NCBI GenBank assembly: GCA_051362555.1
Contig: CM120644.1
Coordinates: 8,006,954-8,070,953, forward strand
DNA: 64,000 nt
Direction of reading: 5' to 3'
Source: Lingula anatina
Lineage: Eukaryota; Animalia; Brachiopoda
Position 1 is the first letter of the stretch. Each line of letters begins with the position of its first letter. Positions 1 to 13,300 of the stretch are shown here, piece by piece. The notes below the pieces were generated by a model. It did not search any database. It had not been told where the DNA came from and saw only the letters and a list, made by a program, of their open reading frames with translations. The position numbers and the translations under genes are program-made.

Positions 1-465
1 CTGCGTTCAGAAGAATTACATGTATTTGCCAATCTTATGTTTCTCTCGAAATTGGCATGGTCGCAATATTGCTTAAATGGAAAGCGAACCTGCTTGTACA
101 CATTTGCTTCTTTTTTAATGATACCCTCCTCTAATGGGGTTGCTAAAACTAAAATCGCCCCATTGTGCTCTCTAGGTAACGTCATAGGTGAAGGCAAAGT
201 TTAATCTAAGCATAAAATAAAGTCATAGTAAAAAAGTAATCTTTGTAGGAACGGTCCGTGTCGGATTCTCAAATAAGTCCTCTTGAACATGAGAAACTAT
301 AACAACGTTGATGATAATACCATGTTCGTGGACTGACGTTGCGCGGGATGAAATACGTACGGCTCACGGGCAATCGATATTTATGGCAGATATACACATG
401 TACATCAAAACTGGCCCTCTCTGTGAGAAGGTAGAACGTATCCATTTGATCCATGGTCTACCAAC

Positions 466-564
466 GAAGATTGTATGGCTCCGTGGTAACTCCGCCGTCT
501 TGGACGTGCAGCTAGACACCCCACGCTGGTTCGAATCCCAAGATGGTCAAAATAATATTTTTTT
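466..564 (+). ncRNA. Candidate Pol III small RNA, module 1 (~98 nt, vault-RNA-like or tRNA-derived); copies at ~1982, 3517, 5042, 6546, 8046, 9561 and a degenerate one at ~11067
   Basis: A-box-like TGGCTCCGTGGT (476-487), B box GGTTCGAATCC (528-538), T7 terminator (558-564). No valid D- or T-stem, so not a canonical tRNA. Confidence 0.5.
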
Positions 565-631
565 GCTCCAAAAACAATTTCTAAAAATTGCGTTTGGTTA
601 CTATAAGAGGAAACTCGTACGTACGGAGGAT

Positions 632-823
632 GGGCGGGTCTCTCACGGCGCAGTCGGTAGCGTGCTTGGTTGCAAAAAACATACCAAGCCATCAGCAAAC
701 CATGGTAACGACAGGTAACGAGTTCGAATCCCAGGTGACACATATCAGTTCACCACGGCAACAAGATAGCCCCACTGTCGAAAACGAATGCAGGCTCTCG
801 TGGGTTCGGGCAAATTACCTTTT
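632..823 (+). ncRNA. Candidate Pol III RNA, module 2 (~190 nt, tRNA-derived head plus structured 3' domain); one per array unit
   Basis: CTATAA ~30 nt upstream (601-606); A-box-like CGGCGCAGTCGG (646-657); perfect 7-bp hairpin GCTTGGT/ACCAAGC (664-689); B box GTTCGAATCC (722-731); hairpins GGTGA/TCACC and CCCAC/GTGGG; TTTT at 820-823. Confidence 0.5.
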
Positions 824-3800
824 GCAAAAAAATGCCGGTATAGTTCAGAGTTAGTGATGTCATTATCATAAAGTCTGCGTCGTTAATTATACTTCTTTTC
901 TCTTCACTTTAGTCTTTAAAATGATACTTAGGCGGGGATGGTCATTGATCTTTTTTCTTCATCTACTACGTACGCAACAGATCACACTTGAAGTGGGTCA
1001 AAACCTTACACGGCATGGCGACGTGCATGCCATATTGCCCTTTGATCATAAATAAAAGATCTGCTCGTTTTGATATCAGCAAGAAGAGTTTTTCAGTATT
1101 TTTCCAAAGTCATTTCGCCGCTTTTGCTTTACTTATTTCATAAATTTTGTTGTTGTTGTTGTTGTTGTTGTTGTTTTGTTTTTTTTTTTGTTTTTTTTTT
1201 TTTTTGCCCCGCCCCCATTTGGCCTTGGTTATCAAGACTGAACATATGGTCATACAATACCCAGGGCAACTCCATAGTCGACATCTGAATTGGTAGAGAC
1301 TACTCACAACTCTAACCGTCAAATTGTGAACCGCTTTGGCTCACATCGTGCTCTACAACGTCACAGGTGAAATCAAACGTAAACTCCTTAAAAAAAAAAA
1401 GATTAAAAGAACAGCATCTTATCATCATAGGAACGTTCCCGGCAATCTTATCATCTAAAGAGACCTAACTTGAGTGATTCAGTAGCTTTCATGGCATAGC
1501 AACACGTCATTCCACCTGTAAACTGCGTTCAGAAGAATTATTTGCCAATCTTATGTTTCTCTCGAAATTGGCATGGTCGCAATATTGCTTAAATGGAAAG
1601 CGAACCTGCTTGTACACATTTGCTTCTTTTTTAATGATACCCTCCTCTAATGGGGTTGCTAAAACTAAAATCGCCCCATTGTGCTCTCTAGGTAACGTCA
1701 TAGGTGAAGGCAAAGTTTAATCTAAGCATAAAACAAAGTCATAGTAAAAAAGTAATCTATGTAGGAACGGTCCGTGTCGGATTCTCAAATAAGTCCTCTT
1801 GAACATGAGAAACTATAACAACGTTGATGATAATACCATGTTCGTGGACTGACGTTGCGCGGGATGAAATACGTACGGCTCACGGGCAATCGATATTTAT
1901 GGCAGATATACACATGTACATCCAAACTGGCCCTCTCTGTGAGAAGGTAGAACGTATCCATTTGATCCATGGTCTACCAACGAAGCTTGTATGGCTCCGT
2001 GGTAACTCCGTCGTCTTGGACGTGCAGCTAGACACCCCACGCTGGTTCGAATCCCAAGATGGTCAAAATAACATTTTTTGCTCCAAAAACCATTTCTAAA
2101 AATTGCGTTTGGTTACTATAAGAGGAAACTCGTACGTACGGAGGGTGGGCGGGTCTCTCACGGCGCAGTCGGTAGCGTGCTTGGTTGCAAAAAACATACC
2201 AAGCCATCAGCAAACCATGGTAATGACAGGTCACGAGTTCGAATCCCAGGTGACGCATGTCAGTTAACCACGGCAACAAGATAGCCCCACAGTCGAAAAC
2301 GAATGCAGGCTCTCGTGGGTCCGGGCAAATTACCTTTTGCAAAAAAATGCCGGTATAGTTCAGAGTTAGAGATGTCATTATCATAAAGTCTGCGTCGTTA
2401 ATTATACTTCTTTTCTCTTCACTTTGGTCTTTAAAATGATACTTAGGCAGGGATGGTCATCGATCTTTTTTCTTCATCTACTACGTACGCAACAGATCAC
2501 ACTTGAAGTGGGTCAAAACCTTACACGGCATGGCGACGTGCATGCCATATTGCCCTTTGATCATAAATAAAAGATCTGCTCGTTTTGATATCAGCAAGAA
2601 GAGTTTTTCAGTATTTTTCCAAAGTCATTTCGCCGCTTTTGCTTTACTTATTTCATAAATTTTGTTGTTGTTGTTGTTGTTGTTTTTTTTTTTTGTTGTT
2701 TTTTTTTTTTTTTGTTTTTTTTTTTTTTTTTTTGCCCCGCCCCCATTTGGCCTTGCTTATCAAGACTGAACATATGGTCATACAATACCCGGGGCAACTC
2801 CACAGTAGACATCTGAATTTGTAAAGACTACTCACAACTCTAACCGTCAAATTGTGAACCGCTTTGGCTCACATCGTGCTCTACAACGTCACAGGTGAAA
2901 TCGAACGTAAACTCCTTAAAAAAAAAAAAGATTAAAAGAACAGCATCTTATCATCATAGGAACGTTCCCGGCAATCTTATCATCTAAAGAGACCTAACTT
3001 GAGTGATTCAGTAGCTTTCAAGGCATAGTAACACGTCATACCACCTGTAAACTGCGTTCAGAAGAATTACATGTATTTGCCAATCTTATGTTTCTCTCGA
3101 AATTGGCATGGTCGCAATATTGCTTAAATGGAAAGCGAACCTGCTTGTACACATTTGCTTCTTTTTTAATGATACCCTCCTCTAATGGGGTTGCTAAAAC
3201 TAAAATCGCCCCATTGTGCTCTCTAGGTAACGTCATAGGTGAAGGCAAAGTTTAATCTAAGCATAAAACAAAGTCATAGTAAAAAAGTAATCTATGTAGG
3301 AACGGTCCGTGTCGGATTCTCAAATAAGTCCTCTTGAACATGAGAAACTATAACAACGTTGATGATAATACCATGTTCGTGGACTGACGCTGCGCGGGAT
3401 GAAATACGTACGGCTCACGGGCAATCGATATTTATGGCAGATATACACATGTACATCCAAACTGGCCCTCTCTGTGAGAAGGTAGAACGTATCCATTTGA
3501 TCCGTGGTTTACCAACGAAGCTTGTATGGCTCCGTGGTAACTCCGTCGTCTTGGACGTGCAGCTAGACACCCCACGCTGGTTCGAATCCCAAGATGGTCA
3601 AAATAACATTTTTTGCTCCAAAAACCATTTCTAAAAATTGCGTTTGGTTACTATAAGAGGAAACTCGCACGTACGGAGGGTGGGCGGGTCTCTCACGGCG
3701 CAGTCGGTAGCGTGCTTGGTTGCAAAAAACATACCAAGCCATCAGCAAACCATGGTAACGACAGGTCACGAGTTCGAATCCCAGGTGACGCATGTAAGTT

Positions 3801-4204
3801 CACCACGGCAACAAGATAGCCCCACAGTCGAAAACGAATGCAGGCTCTCGTGGGTCCGGGCAAATTACCTTTTGCAAAAAATTGCCGGTATAGTTCAGAG
3901 TTAGTGATGTCATTATCATAAAGTCTGCGTCGTTAATTATACTTCTTTTCTCTTCACTTTAGTCTTTAAAATGATACTTAGGCGGGGATGGTCATTGATC
4001 TTTTTTCTTCATCTACTACGTACGCAACAGATCACACTTGAAGTGGGTCAAAACCTTACACGGCATGGCGACGTGCATGCCATATTGCCCTTTGATCATA
4101 AATAAAAGATCTGCTCGTTTTGATATCAGCAAGAAGAGTTTTTCAGTATTTTTCCAAAGTCATTTCGCCGCTTTTGCTTTACTTATTTCATAAATTTTGT
4201 TGTT

Positions 4205-4259
<55 letters not shown>

Positions 4260-7233
4260 CCCGCCCCCATTTGGCCTTGCTTATCAAGACTGAACATACG
4301 ATCATACAATACCCGGGGCAACTCCATAGTCGACATCTGAATTGGTAGAGACTACTCACAACTCTAACCGTCAAATTGTGAACCGCTTTGGCTCACATCG
4401 TGCTCTACAACGTCACAGGTGAAATCGAACGTAAACTCCTTAAAAAAAAAAAAAGATTAAAAGAACAGCATCTTATCATCATAGGAACGTTCCCGGCAAT
4501 CTTATCATCTAAAAAGACCTAACTTGAGTGATTCAGTAGCTTTCATGGCATAGCAACACGTCATACCACCTGTAAACTGCGTTCAGAAGAATTACATGTA
4601 TTTGCCAATCTTATGTTTCTCTCGAAATTGGCATGGTCGCAATATTGCTTAAATGGAAAGCGAACCTGCTTGTACACATTTGCTTCTTTTTTAATGATAC
4701 CCTCCTCTAATGGGGTTGCTAAAACTAAAATCGCCCCATTGTGCTCTCTAGGTAACGTCATAGGTGAAGGCAAAGTTTAATCTAAGCATAAAATAAAGTC
4801 ATAGTAAAAAAGTAATCTTTGTAGGAACGGTCCGTGTTGGATTCTCAAATAAGTCCTCTTGAACATGAGAAACTATAACAACGTTGATGATAATACCATG
4901 TTCGTGGACTGACGTTGCGCGGGATGAAATACGTACGGCTCACGGGCAATCGATATTTATGGCAGATATACACATGTACATCAAAACTGGCCCTCTCTGT
5001 GAGAAGGTAGAACGTATCCATTTGATCCATGGTCTACCAACGAAGATTGTATGGCTCCGTGGTAACTCCGCCGTCTTGGACGTGCAGCTAGACACCCCAC
5101 GCTGGTTCGAATCCCAAGATGGTCAAAATAATATTTTTTTGCTCCAAAAACAATTTCTAAAAATTGCGTTTGGTTACTATAAGAGGAAACTCGTACGTAC
5201 GGAGGATGGGCGGGTCTCTCACGGCGCAGTCGGTAGCGTGCTTGGTTGCAAAAAACATACCAAGCCATCAGCAAACCATGGTAACGATAGGTAACGAGTT
5301 CGAATCCCAGGTGACACATATCAGTTCACCACGGCAACAAGATAGCCCCACTGTCGAAAACGAATGCAGGCTCTCGTGGGTTCGGGCAAATTACCTTTTG
5401 CAAAAAAATGCCGGTATAGTTCAGAGTTAGTGATGTCATTATCATAAAGTCTGCGTCGTTAATTATACTTCTTTTCTCTTCACTTTAGTCTTTAAAATGA
5501 TACTTAGGCGGGGATGGTCATTGATCTTTTTTCTTCATCTACTACGTACGCAACAGATCACACTTGAAGTGGGTCAAAACCTTACACGGCATGGCGACGT
5601 GCATGCCATATTGCCCTTTGATCATAAATAAAAGATCTGCTCGTTTTGATATCAGCAAGAAGAGTTTTTCAGTATTTTTCCAAAGTCATTTCGCCGCTTT
5701 TGCTTTACTTATTTCATAAATTTTGTTGTTGTTGTTGTTGTTTTTTTTTTTTTTGTTTTTTTTTTTTTTTTTTGTTTTTTTTTTGCCCCGCCCCCATTTG
5801 ACCTTGCTTATCAAGACTGAACATACGGTCATACAATACCCGGGGCAACTCCATAGTCGACATCTGAATTGGTAAAGACTACTCACAACTCTAACCGTCA
5901 AATTGTGAACCGCTTTGGCTCACATCGTGCACTACAACGTCACAGGTGAAATCGAACGTAAACTCCGTGAAAAAAAGATTAAAAGAACAGCATCTTAATT
6001 AATCTAACTAGGAACGTTCCCGGCAATCTTATCATCTAAAGAGACCTAACTTGAGTGATTCAGTAGCTTTCATGGCATAGCAACACGTCATACCACCTGT
6101 AAACTGCGTTCAGAAGAATTACATGTATTTGCCAATCTTATGTTTCTCTCGAAATTGGCATGGTCGCAATATTGCTTAAATGGAAAGCGAACCTGCTTGT
6201 ACACATTTGCTTCTTTTTTAATGAAACCCTCCTCTAATGGGGTTGCTAAAACTAAAATCTCCCCATTGTGCTCTCTAGGTAACGTCATAGGTGAAGGCAA
6301 AGTTTAATCTAAGCATAAAACAAAGTCATAGTAAAAAAGTAATCTATGTAGGAACGGTCCGTGTCGGATTCTCAAATAAGTCCTCTTGAACATGAGAAAC
6401 TATAACAACGTTGATGATAATACCATGTTCGTGGACTGACGGCTCACGGGCAATCGATATTTATGGCAGATATACACATGTACATCCAAACTGGCCCTCT
6501 CTGTGAGAAGGTAGAACGTATCCATTTGATCCGTGGTCTACCAACGAAGCTTGTATGGCTCCGTGGTAACTCCGTCGTCTTGGACGTGCAGCTAGACACC
6601 CCACGCTGGTTCGAATCCCAAGATGGTCAAAATAACATTTTTTGCTCCAAAAACCATTTCTAAAAATTGCGTTTGGTTACTATAAGAGGAAACTCGTACG
6701 TACGGAGGGTGGGCGGTTCTCTCACGGCGCAGTCGGTAGCGTGCTTGGTTGCAAAAAACATACCAAGCCATCAGCAAACCATGGTAACGACAGGTCACGA
6801 GTTCGAATGCCAGGTGACGCATGTCAGTTAACCACGGCAACAAGATAGCCCCACAGTCGAAAACGAATGCAGGCTCTCGTGGGTCCGGGCAAATTACCTT
6901 TTGCAAAAAATTGCCGGTATAGTTCAGAGTTAGTGATGTCATTATCATAAAGTCTGCGTCGTTAATTATACTTCTTTTCTCTTCACTTTAGTCTTTAAAA
7001 TGATACTTAGGCAGGGATGGTCATTGATCTTTTTTCTTCATCTACTACGTACGCAACAGATCACACTTGAAGTGGGTCAAAACCTTACACGGCATGGCGA
7101 CGTGCATGCCATATTGCCCTTTGATCATAAATAAAAGATCTGCTCGTTTTGATATCAGCAAGAAGAGTTTTTCAGTATTTTTCCAAAGTCATTTCGCCGC
7201 TTTTGCTTTACTTATTTCATAAATTTTGTTGTT

Positions 7234-7281
<48 letters not shown>

Positions 7282-8734
7282 CCCGCCCCCATTTGGCCTT
7301 GCTTATCAAGACTGAACATACGGTCATACAATACCCGGGGCAACTCCATAGTCGACATCTGAATTGGTAAAGACTACTCACAACTCTAACCGTCAAATTG
7401 TGAACCGCTTTGGCTCACATCGTGCACTACAACGTCACAGGTGAAATCGAACGTAAACTCCGTGAAAAAAAGATTAAAAGAACAGCATCTTAATTAATCT
7501 AACTAGGAACGTTCCCGGCAATCTTATCATCTAAAGAGACCTAACTTGAGTGATTCAGTAGCTTTCATGGCATAGCAACACGTCATACCACCTGTAAACT
7601 GCGTTCAGAAGAATTTTTTGCCAATCTTATGTTTCTCTCGAAATTGGCATGGTCGCAATATTGCTTAAATGGAAAGCGAACATTTGCTTCTTTTTTAATG
7701 ATACCCTCCTCTAATGGGGTTGCTAAAACTAAAATCGCCCCATTGTGCTCTCTAGGTAACGTCATAGGTGAAGGCAAAGTTTAATCTAAGCATAAAACAA
7801 AGTCATAGTAAAAAAGTAATCTTTGTAGGAACGGTCCATGTCGGATTCTCAAATAAGTCCTCTTGAACATGAGAAACTATAACAACGTTGATGATAATAC
7901 CATGTTCGTGGACTGACGTTGCGCGGGATGAAATACGTACGGCTCACGGGCAATCGATATTTATGGCAGATATACACATGTACATCCAAACTGGCCCTCT
8001 CTGTGAGAAGGTAGAACGTATCCATTTGATCCATGGTCTACCAACGAAGATTGTATGGCTCCGTGGTAACTCCGCCGTCTTGGACGTACAGCTAGACACC
8101 CCACGCTGGTTCGAATCCCAAGATGGTCAAAATAATATTTTTTTGCTCCAAAAACAATTTCTAAAAATTGCGTTTGGTTACTATAAGAGGAAACTCGTAC
8201 GTACGGAGGATGGGCGGGTATCTCACGGCGCAGTCGGTAGCGTGCTTGGTTGCAAAAAACATACCAAGCCATCAGCAAACCATGGTAACGACAGGTAACG
8301 AGTTCGAATCCCAGGTGACGCATGTCAGTTCACCACGGCAACAAGATAGCCCCACTGTCGAAAACGAATGCAGGCTCTCGTGGGTTCGGGCACATTACCT
8401 TTTGCAAAAAAATGCCGGTATAGTTCAGAGTTAGTGATGTCATTATCATAAAGTCTGCGTCGTTAATTATACTTCTTTTCTCTTCACTTTAGTCTTTAAA
8501 ATGATACTTAGGCGGGGATGGTCATTGATCTTTTTTCTTCATCTACTACGTACGCAACAGATCACACTTGAAGTGGGTCAAAACCTTACACGGCATGGCG
8601 ACGTGCATGCCATATTGCCCTTTGATCATAAATAAAAGATCTGCTCGTTTTGATATCAGCAAGAAGAGTTTTTCAGTATTTTTCCAAAGTCATTTCGCCG
8701 CTTTTGCTTTACTTATTTCATAAATTTTGTTGTT

Positions 8735-8782
<48 letters not shown>

Positions 8783-10808
8783 CCCGCCCCAATTTGGCCT
8801 TGCTTATCAAGACTGAACATATGGTCATACAATACCCGGGGCAACTCCACAGTCGACATCTGAATTGGTAAAGACTACTCACAACTCTAACCGTCAAATT
8901 GTGAACCGCTTTGGCTCACATCGTGCACTACAAACGTCACAGGTGAAATCGAACGTAAACTCCGTGAAAAAAAGATTAAAAGAACAGCATCTTAATTAAT
9001 CTAACTAGGAACGTTCCCGGCAATGTTATCATCTAAAGAGACCCAACTTGAGTGATTCAGTAGCTTTCATGGCATAGCAACACGTCATACCACCTGTAAA
9101 CTGCGTTCAGAAGAATAATTTGCCAATCTTATGTTTCTCTCGAAATTGGCATGGTCAAAATATTGCTTAAATGGAAAGCGAACCTGCTTGTACACATTTG
9201 CTTCTTTTTTAATGATTATTCTCCTCTAATTGGGTTGCTAAAACTAAAATCGCCCCATTGTGCTCTCTAGGTAACGTCATAGGTGAAGGCAAAGTTTAAT
9301 CTAAGCATAAAACAAAGTCATAGTAAAAAAGTAATCTTTGTAGGAACGGTCCGTGTCGGATTCTCAAATAAGTCCTCTTGAACATGAGAAACTATAACAA
9401 CGTTGATGATAATACCATGTTCGTGGACTGACGTTGCGCGGGATGAAATACGTACGGCTCACGGGCAATCGATATTTATGGCAGATATACACATGTACAT
9501 CCAAACTGGCCCTCTCTGTGAGAAGGTAGAACGTATCCATTTGATCCATGGTCTACCAACGAAGATTGTATGGCTCCGGTAACTCCGCCGTCTTGGACGT
9601 ACAGCTAGACACCCCACGCTGGTTCAAATCCCAAGATGGTCAAAATAATATTTTTTTGCTCCAAAAACAATTTCTAAAAATTGCGTTTGGTTACTATAAG
9701 AAGAAACTCGTACGTACGGTGGGTGGGCGGTTCTCTCACGGCGCAGTCGGTAGCGTGCTTGGTTGCAAAAAACATACCAAGCCATCAGCAAACCATGGTA
9801 ACGACAGGTCACGAGTTCGAATCCCAGGTGAAGCATGACAGTTCACCACGGCAACGAAATAGCCCCGCAATCGAAAACGAATGCAGGCTCTCGTGGGTCC
9901 GGGCAAATTACCTGTTGCAAAAAATACCGGTATAGTTCAGAGTTAGTGATGTCATTATCATGAAGTCTGCGTCGTCAATTATACTTCTATTCTCTTCACT
10001 TTAGTCTTTAAAATGATACTTATGCGGGGATGGTCATTGATCTCTTTTCTTCACCAACTACGTACGCAACAGATCGCATTTGAATTGGTTCAATACCTTA
10101 CACGACCCAGCAACATGCATGCCATATTGCCCTTTGATCATAAATAAAAGATCTGCTCGTTTGGTTATCAGCAAGAACAGTTTTTCAGTACTTTTTCAAA
10201 CGTCATTTCGCCGCTATTGCTTTACTTATTTCATACAATTTGTTCTTTTTTATATGCACCCGCCCCCCTTTAACCTTGCTTATCAAGGCTGAACATATGG
10301 CCATACAATACCCGGGACAACTCCACAGTCGACATCTGAATTGGCAGAGACAACTCACAACTCTAACCGCCAAATTGTGAACCGCTTAGGCTCTCATCGT
10401 GCTTTACAACGTCACAGGTAAAATCGAACGTAAACTCCGTGAAAAAAAGATTAAAGAACAGCATCTTAAATCATCTAACTAGGAACTTTCAGGGTTGTCT
10501 TATCATCTAAAGAGACTTAACTTGAGTGATTCAGTAGCTTTCATGGCATAGCACCACGTCATACCACTTGTAAACTGCGTTCAGAAGAATTATTTGCCAA
10601 TCTTATCTTTCTCTCGAAATTGGCATGTTCGCAATTGCTTAAATGGAAAGCGAACCGGCTTATACACATTTGCTGCTTTTTTTAATGATGCCCTCCTCTA
10701 ATGGGGTTGCTAAAACTAAAACCGTCCCATTGTGCTCTCTGACGTCATAGGCGAAGCCAAAGTTTAATCTAAGCATAAAACAATGTCATAGTAAAAAAAT
10801 AAAAATAA

Positions 10809-10845
<37 letters not shown>

Positions 10846-12540
10846 TTAATAATCTATGTAGGAACGGTCCTTGTCGGCTTCTCAAACAAGTCCTCTTGAA
10901 CATGACAAACTATAGCAGCGTTGATGATAATACCATGTTTATGGACTGGCGTTGAGCGGGATCAAATACATACGTACGGCTCACGGGCTATCGATATGCA
11001 TGTACATCCAAACTGGCCCTCTCTGTGAAAAGGTAGAAAGTTTCTATTTGATCCACGATCTTCCAACGAAACTTGAATGGCTCCGTGGTAACCCGGCCGT
11101 GTTTTGTACGTACAGCTAGACACCACACGCGGGTTCGAATCCCAAGATGGTCAAGATGACTTCTCTTGCTCGAAAACAACTTCTAAAAATTGCCTTTGAT
11201 TAGCCTACTATAAGAGGAAACGCGCACGTACGGAGGGTGGGCGGTTCTCTCACGGCGCAGTCGGTAGCGTGCTTGGTTGTAAAAAACATACCAAGCAATC
11301 AGCAAACCATGGTAACGACAGGTTACGAGTTCGAATCCTAGGTGACGCATGTCAGTTCACCACGGTAACGAGATAGCCCCACAAACGCAGGCTCTCGTGG
11401 GTCCGGGCAAACTACTTTTTGCAAAAAAATGCCGGTACAGTTCAGAGTTAGTGATGTCATTATCATGAAGTCTGCGTCGTCAATTATATTTCGTTTCTCT
11501 TCACTTTAGTCTTTTAAATGATACTTAGGCGGTCATTGATCTCTTTTCTTCACCAACTACTTACGCAACAGGTCACACTTGCATTGGGTCAATACCTTAC
11601 ACGACATGCCATATTGGCCTTTGATAATAAATAAAAGATCTGCTCGTTGGGTTATCTGCAAGAAGAGTTTTTCAGTAATTTTTCAATTGTCATTTCGCCG
11701 CTATTGCTTTACTTATTTCATACATTTCGTTTTTTTATGCCCCCATCCCCCCTTTTGCCTTGCTATCAAGACTGAACATATGGTCATACAATACCCGGGG
11801 CAACTCCACAGTCGACATCTGAATATTGACAAAGACCACTCACAACTCTAACCGCCAAATTGTGAACCGCTTTGGCTCTCATCGTGCTTTATAACGTCAC
11901 AGGTGAAATCGAACGTAAACTCCGTGAAAAAAAAAAGATTAAAAGAACAGCATCTTAATTAATCTTACTAGGAACGTTCCCGGCAATTTTATCATTTAAA
12001 GAGAGCTAACTTGAGTTATTCAGTAGCTTTCATGGCATAGCACCACGTCATACCACCTGTAAACTGCGTTCAGAAGAATTATTTGCCAATCTCCTTTTTC
12101 TTTCGAAATTGGTAAGGTCGCAATTGCTTACATGGAAAGCGAACCTGTTTGTACACATTTGCTGCTTTTTTAATGATACCCTCCTCTAATGGGGTTGCTA
12201 AAACTAAAACCGCCCCATTGTGCTCTCTAACGTCATAGGTGAAGCCAAAAGTCAAATATAGGCCTAAACTCAGTGTAAAAGAAAATGAAAATACAGGTAA
12301 CAGCATGATTTATAGTTGTATTCATCTGAGGATAATGTTTAAAGATTAATGCATACATATTTAAAGGGAAAGTAATTTATTTTTAAAATTGAATAGGCCT
12401 ACAATGTAATAGATATATATCAAAGTAAATTGATTAAAATATCTATTAAAGTATAAAAAGTTTAATCAAAGGTGTATCAGGGAAAGGTAACAGGTGCAAA
12501 ACCATATTATTTGAAGGGGGTCCGCGGATGCGAAGGAGAT

Positions 12541-12553
12541 CCTCCCCCCCCCC

Positions 12554-12606
<53 letters not shown>
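12541..12606. repeat. poly-C/(CA)n microsatellite inside a probable MITE remnant (ends TCCGCCACTG ~12759)
   Basis: Direct reading of the sequence. Confidence 0.85.
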
Positions 12607-12608
<2 letters not shown>

Positions 12609-12949
12609 CCAGGAGTAGGGTTCGGGGCCCGCTGAAGGGCCCCGAAAATTTTGGTTATTGTAGAGGGCGAACGGTGCCATTTGGTACCATTTAGAACTAT
12701 GATTCAGCTAGTCAAAATTCTAATTTGAAGAGGGGACCAGAAATCTTAATCCGCCACTGGCTACATGTACGCCTACTAGTAGGCTTATCAATGTTTCATT
12801 TGTATAAATTTTAAGAAGACCTAGAGTAAAGTGGTCATTTTAATATTACAAAAAAGTGGATTGTACCCGAATGAAATGATATTGAGCATAGTCTTTTCTT
12901 TCACTTATTGTATATCTTAACCTATGACACCACCTGTAAACTACCTGGC

Positions 12950-13300
12950 CAATTAGCATGTTCATTATGCTGTTAACAAGCAAAGACTCAATATTAGCCT
13001 GAGAAGATGGCGTATCTTGAGGTCTGTTATCAACTGTGTTTTCCTCTAAAAGGAGGCGTGAATATGACTTGTTTACAGGAAGGTGGCGCGAATGTAGCAT
13101 GTGGATTCCGATAGAAAAACGCTCTACTCAGGTTATTAGATGATGTAAGGGTCAGTATTATATGGTCTTGATGCAGTGTGTGATAGAATGTGAGCTGCTT
13201 TCCTTGAACAGCAGGGATGGATAATATGGACGCGTATGGGCGTCCAAGTAACTTACCGGGCTAGTGTAGTTTGCCGACCGAATGCAAACTGCACTATACC
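12950..13300 (+). promoter_or_regulatory. Probable MLH1 promoter / non-coding first exon region
   Basis: Locally CpG-richer, with a YY1-type motif AAGATGGCG at 13004-13012. A pyrimidine tract plus AG ending at 13740, just before the ATG, suggests an upstream non-coding exon. Confidence 0.35.

Larger units (their letters stand above)
1..12250 (+). repeat. Tandem array of ~1.5-kb units (8 complete + partial), continuing off the left edge of the window
   Basis: Anchor CTGCGTTCAGAAGAAT recurs at about 1, 1523, 3052, 4577, 6104, 7599, 9101, 10575 and 12064 (periods ~1475-1530). Units 1-6 are near-identical; the end of unit 7 and unit 8 are diverged. Much of the length variation is in a (GTT)n/poly-T tract. 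Confidence 0.98.

Noticed and set aside
309-336. C/D box snoRNA (TGATGA...CTGA)
   Set aside because: Boxes are under 30 nt apart with no terminal stem or recognisable guide.
639-745. Functional intron-containing tRNA-Cys(GCA)
   Set aside because: An anticodon-like stem exists, but the acceptor and T stems pair poorly and the variable region is too long; kept only as tRNA-derived.
1-12250. 5S rDNA, U snRNA, SL RNA or histone repeat
   Set aside because: No recognisable conserved sequence of these families on either strand by eye.
269-12306. Recurrent 60-136 aa ORFs in each array unit
   Set aside because: No recognisable domain, many non-ATG starts, frameshifts differ between units, and several run through poly-T tracts; recurrence simply reflects the DNA repeat.
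13007-13114. Short ATG-initiated ORF as MLH1 first coding exon
   Set aside because: Ends at a stop after ~35 codons with no MLH1 similarity; the conserved N-terminus is complete from 13761.
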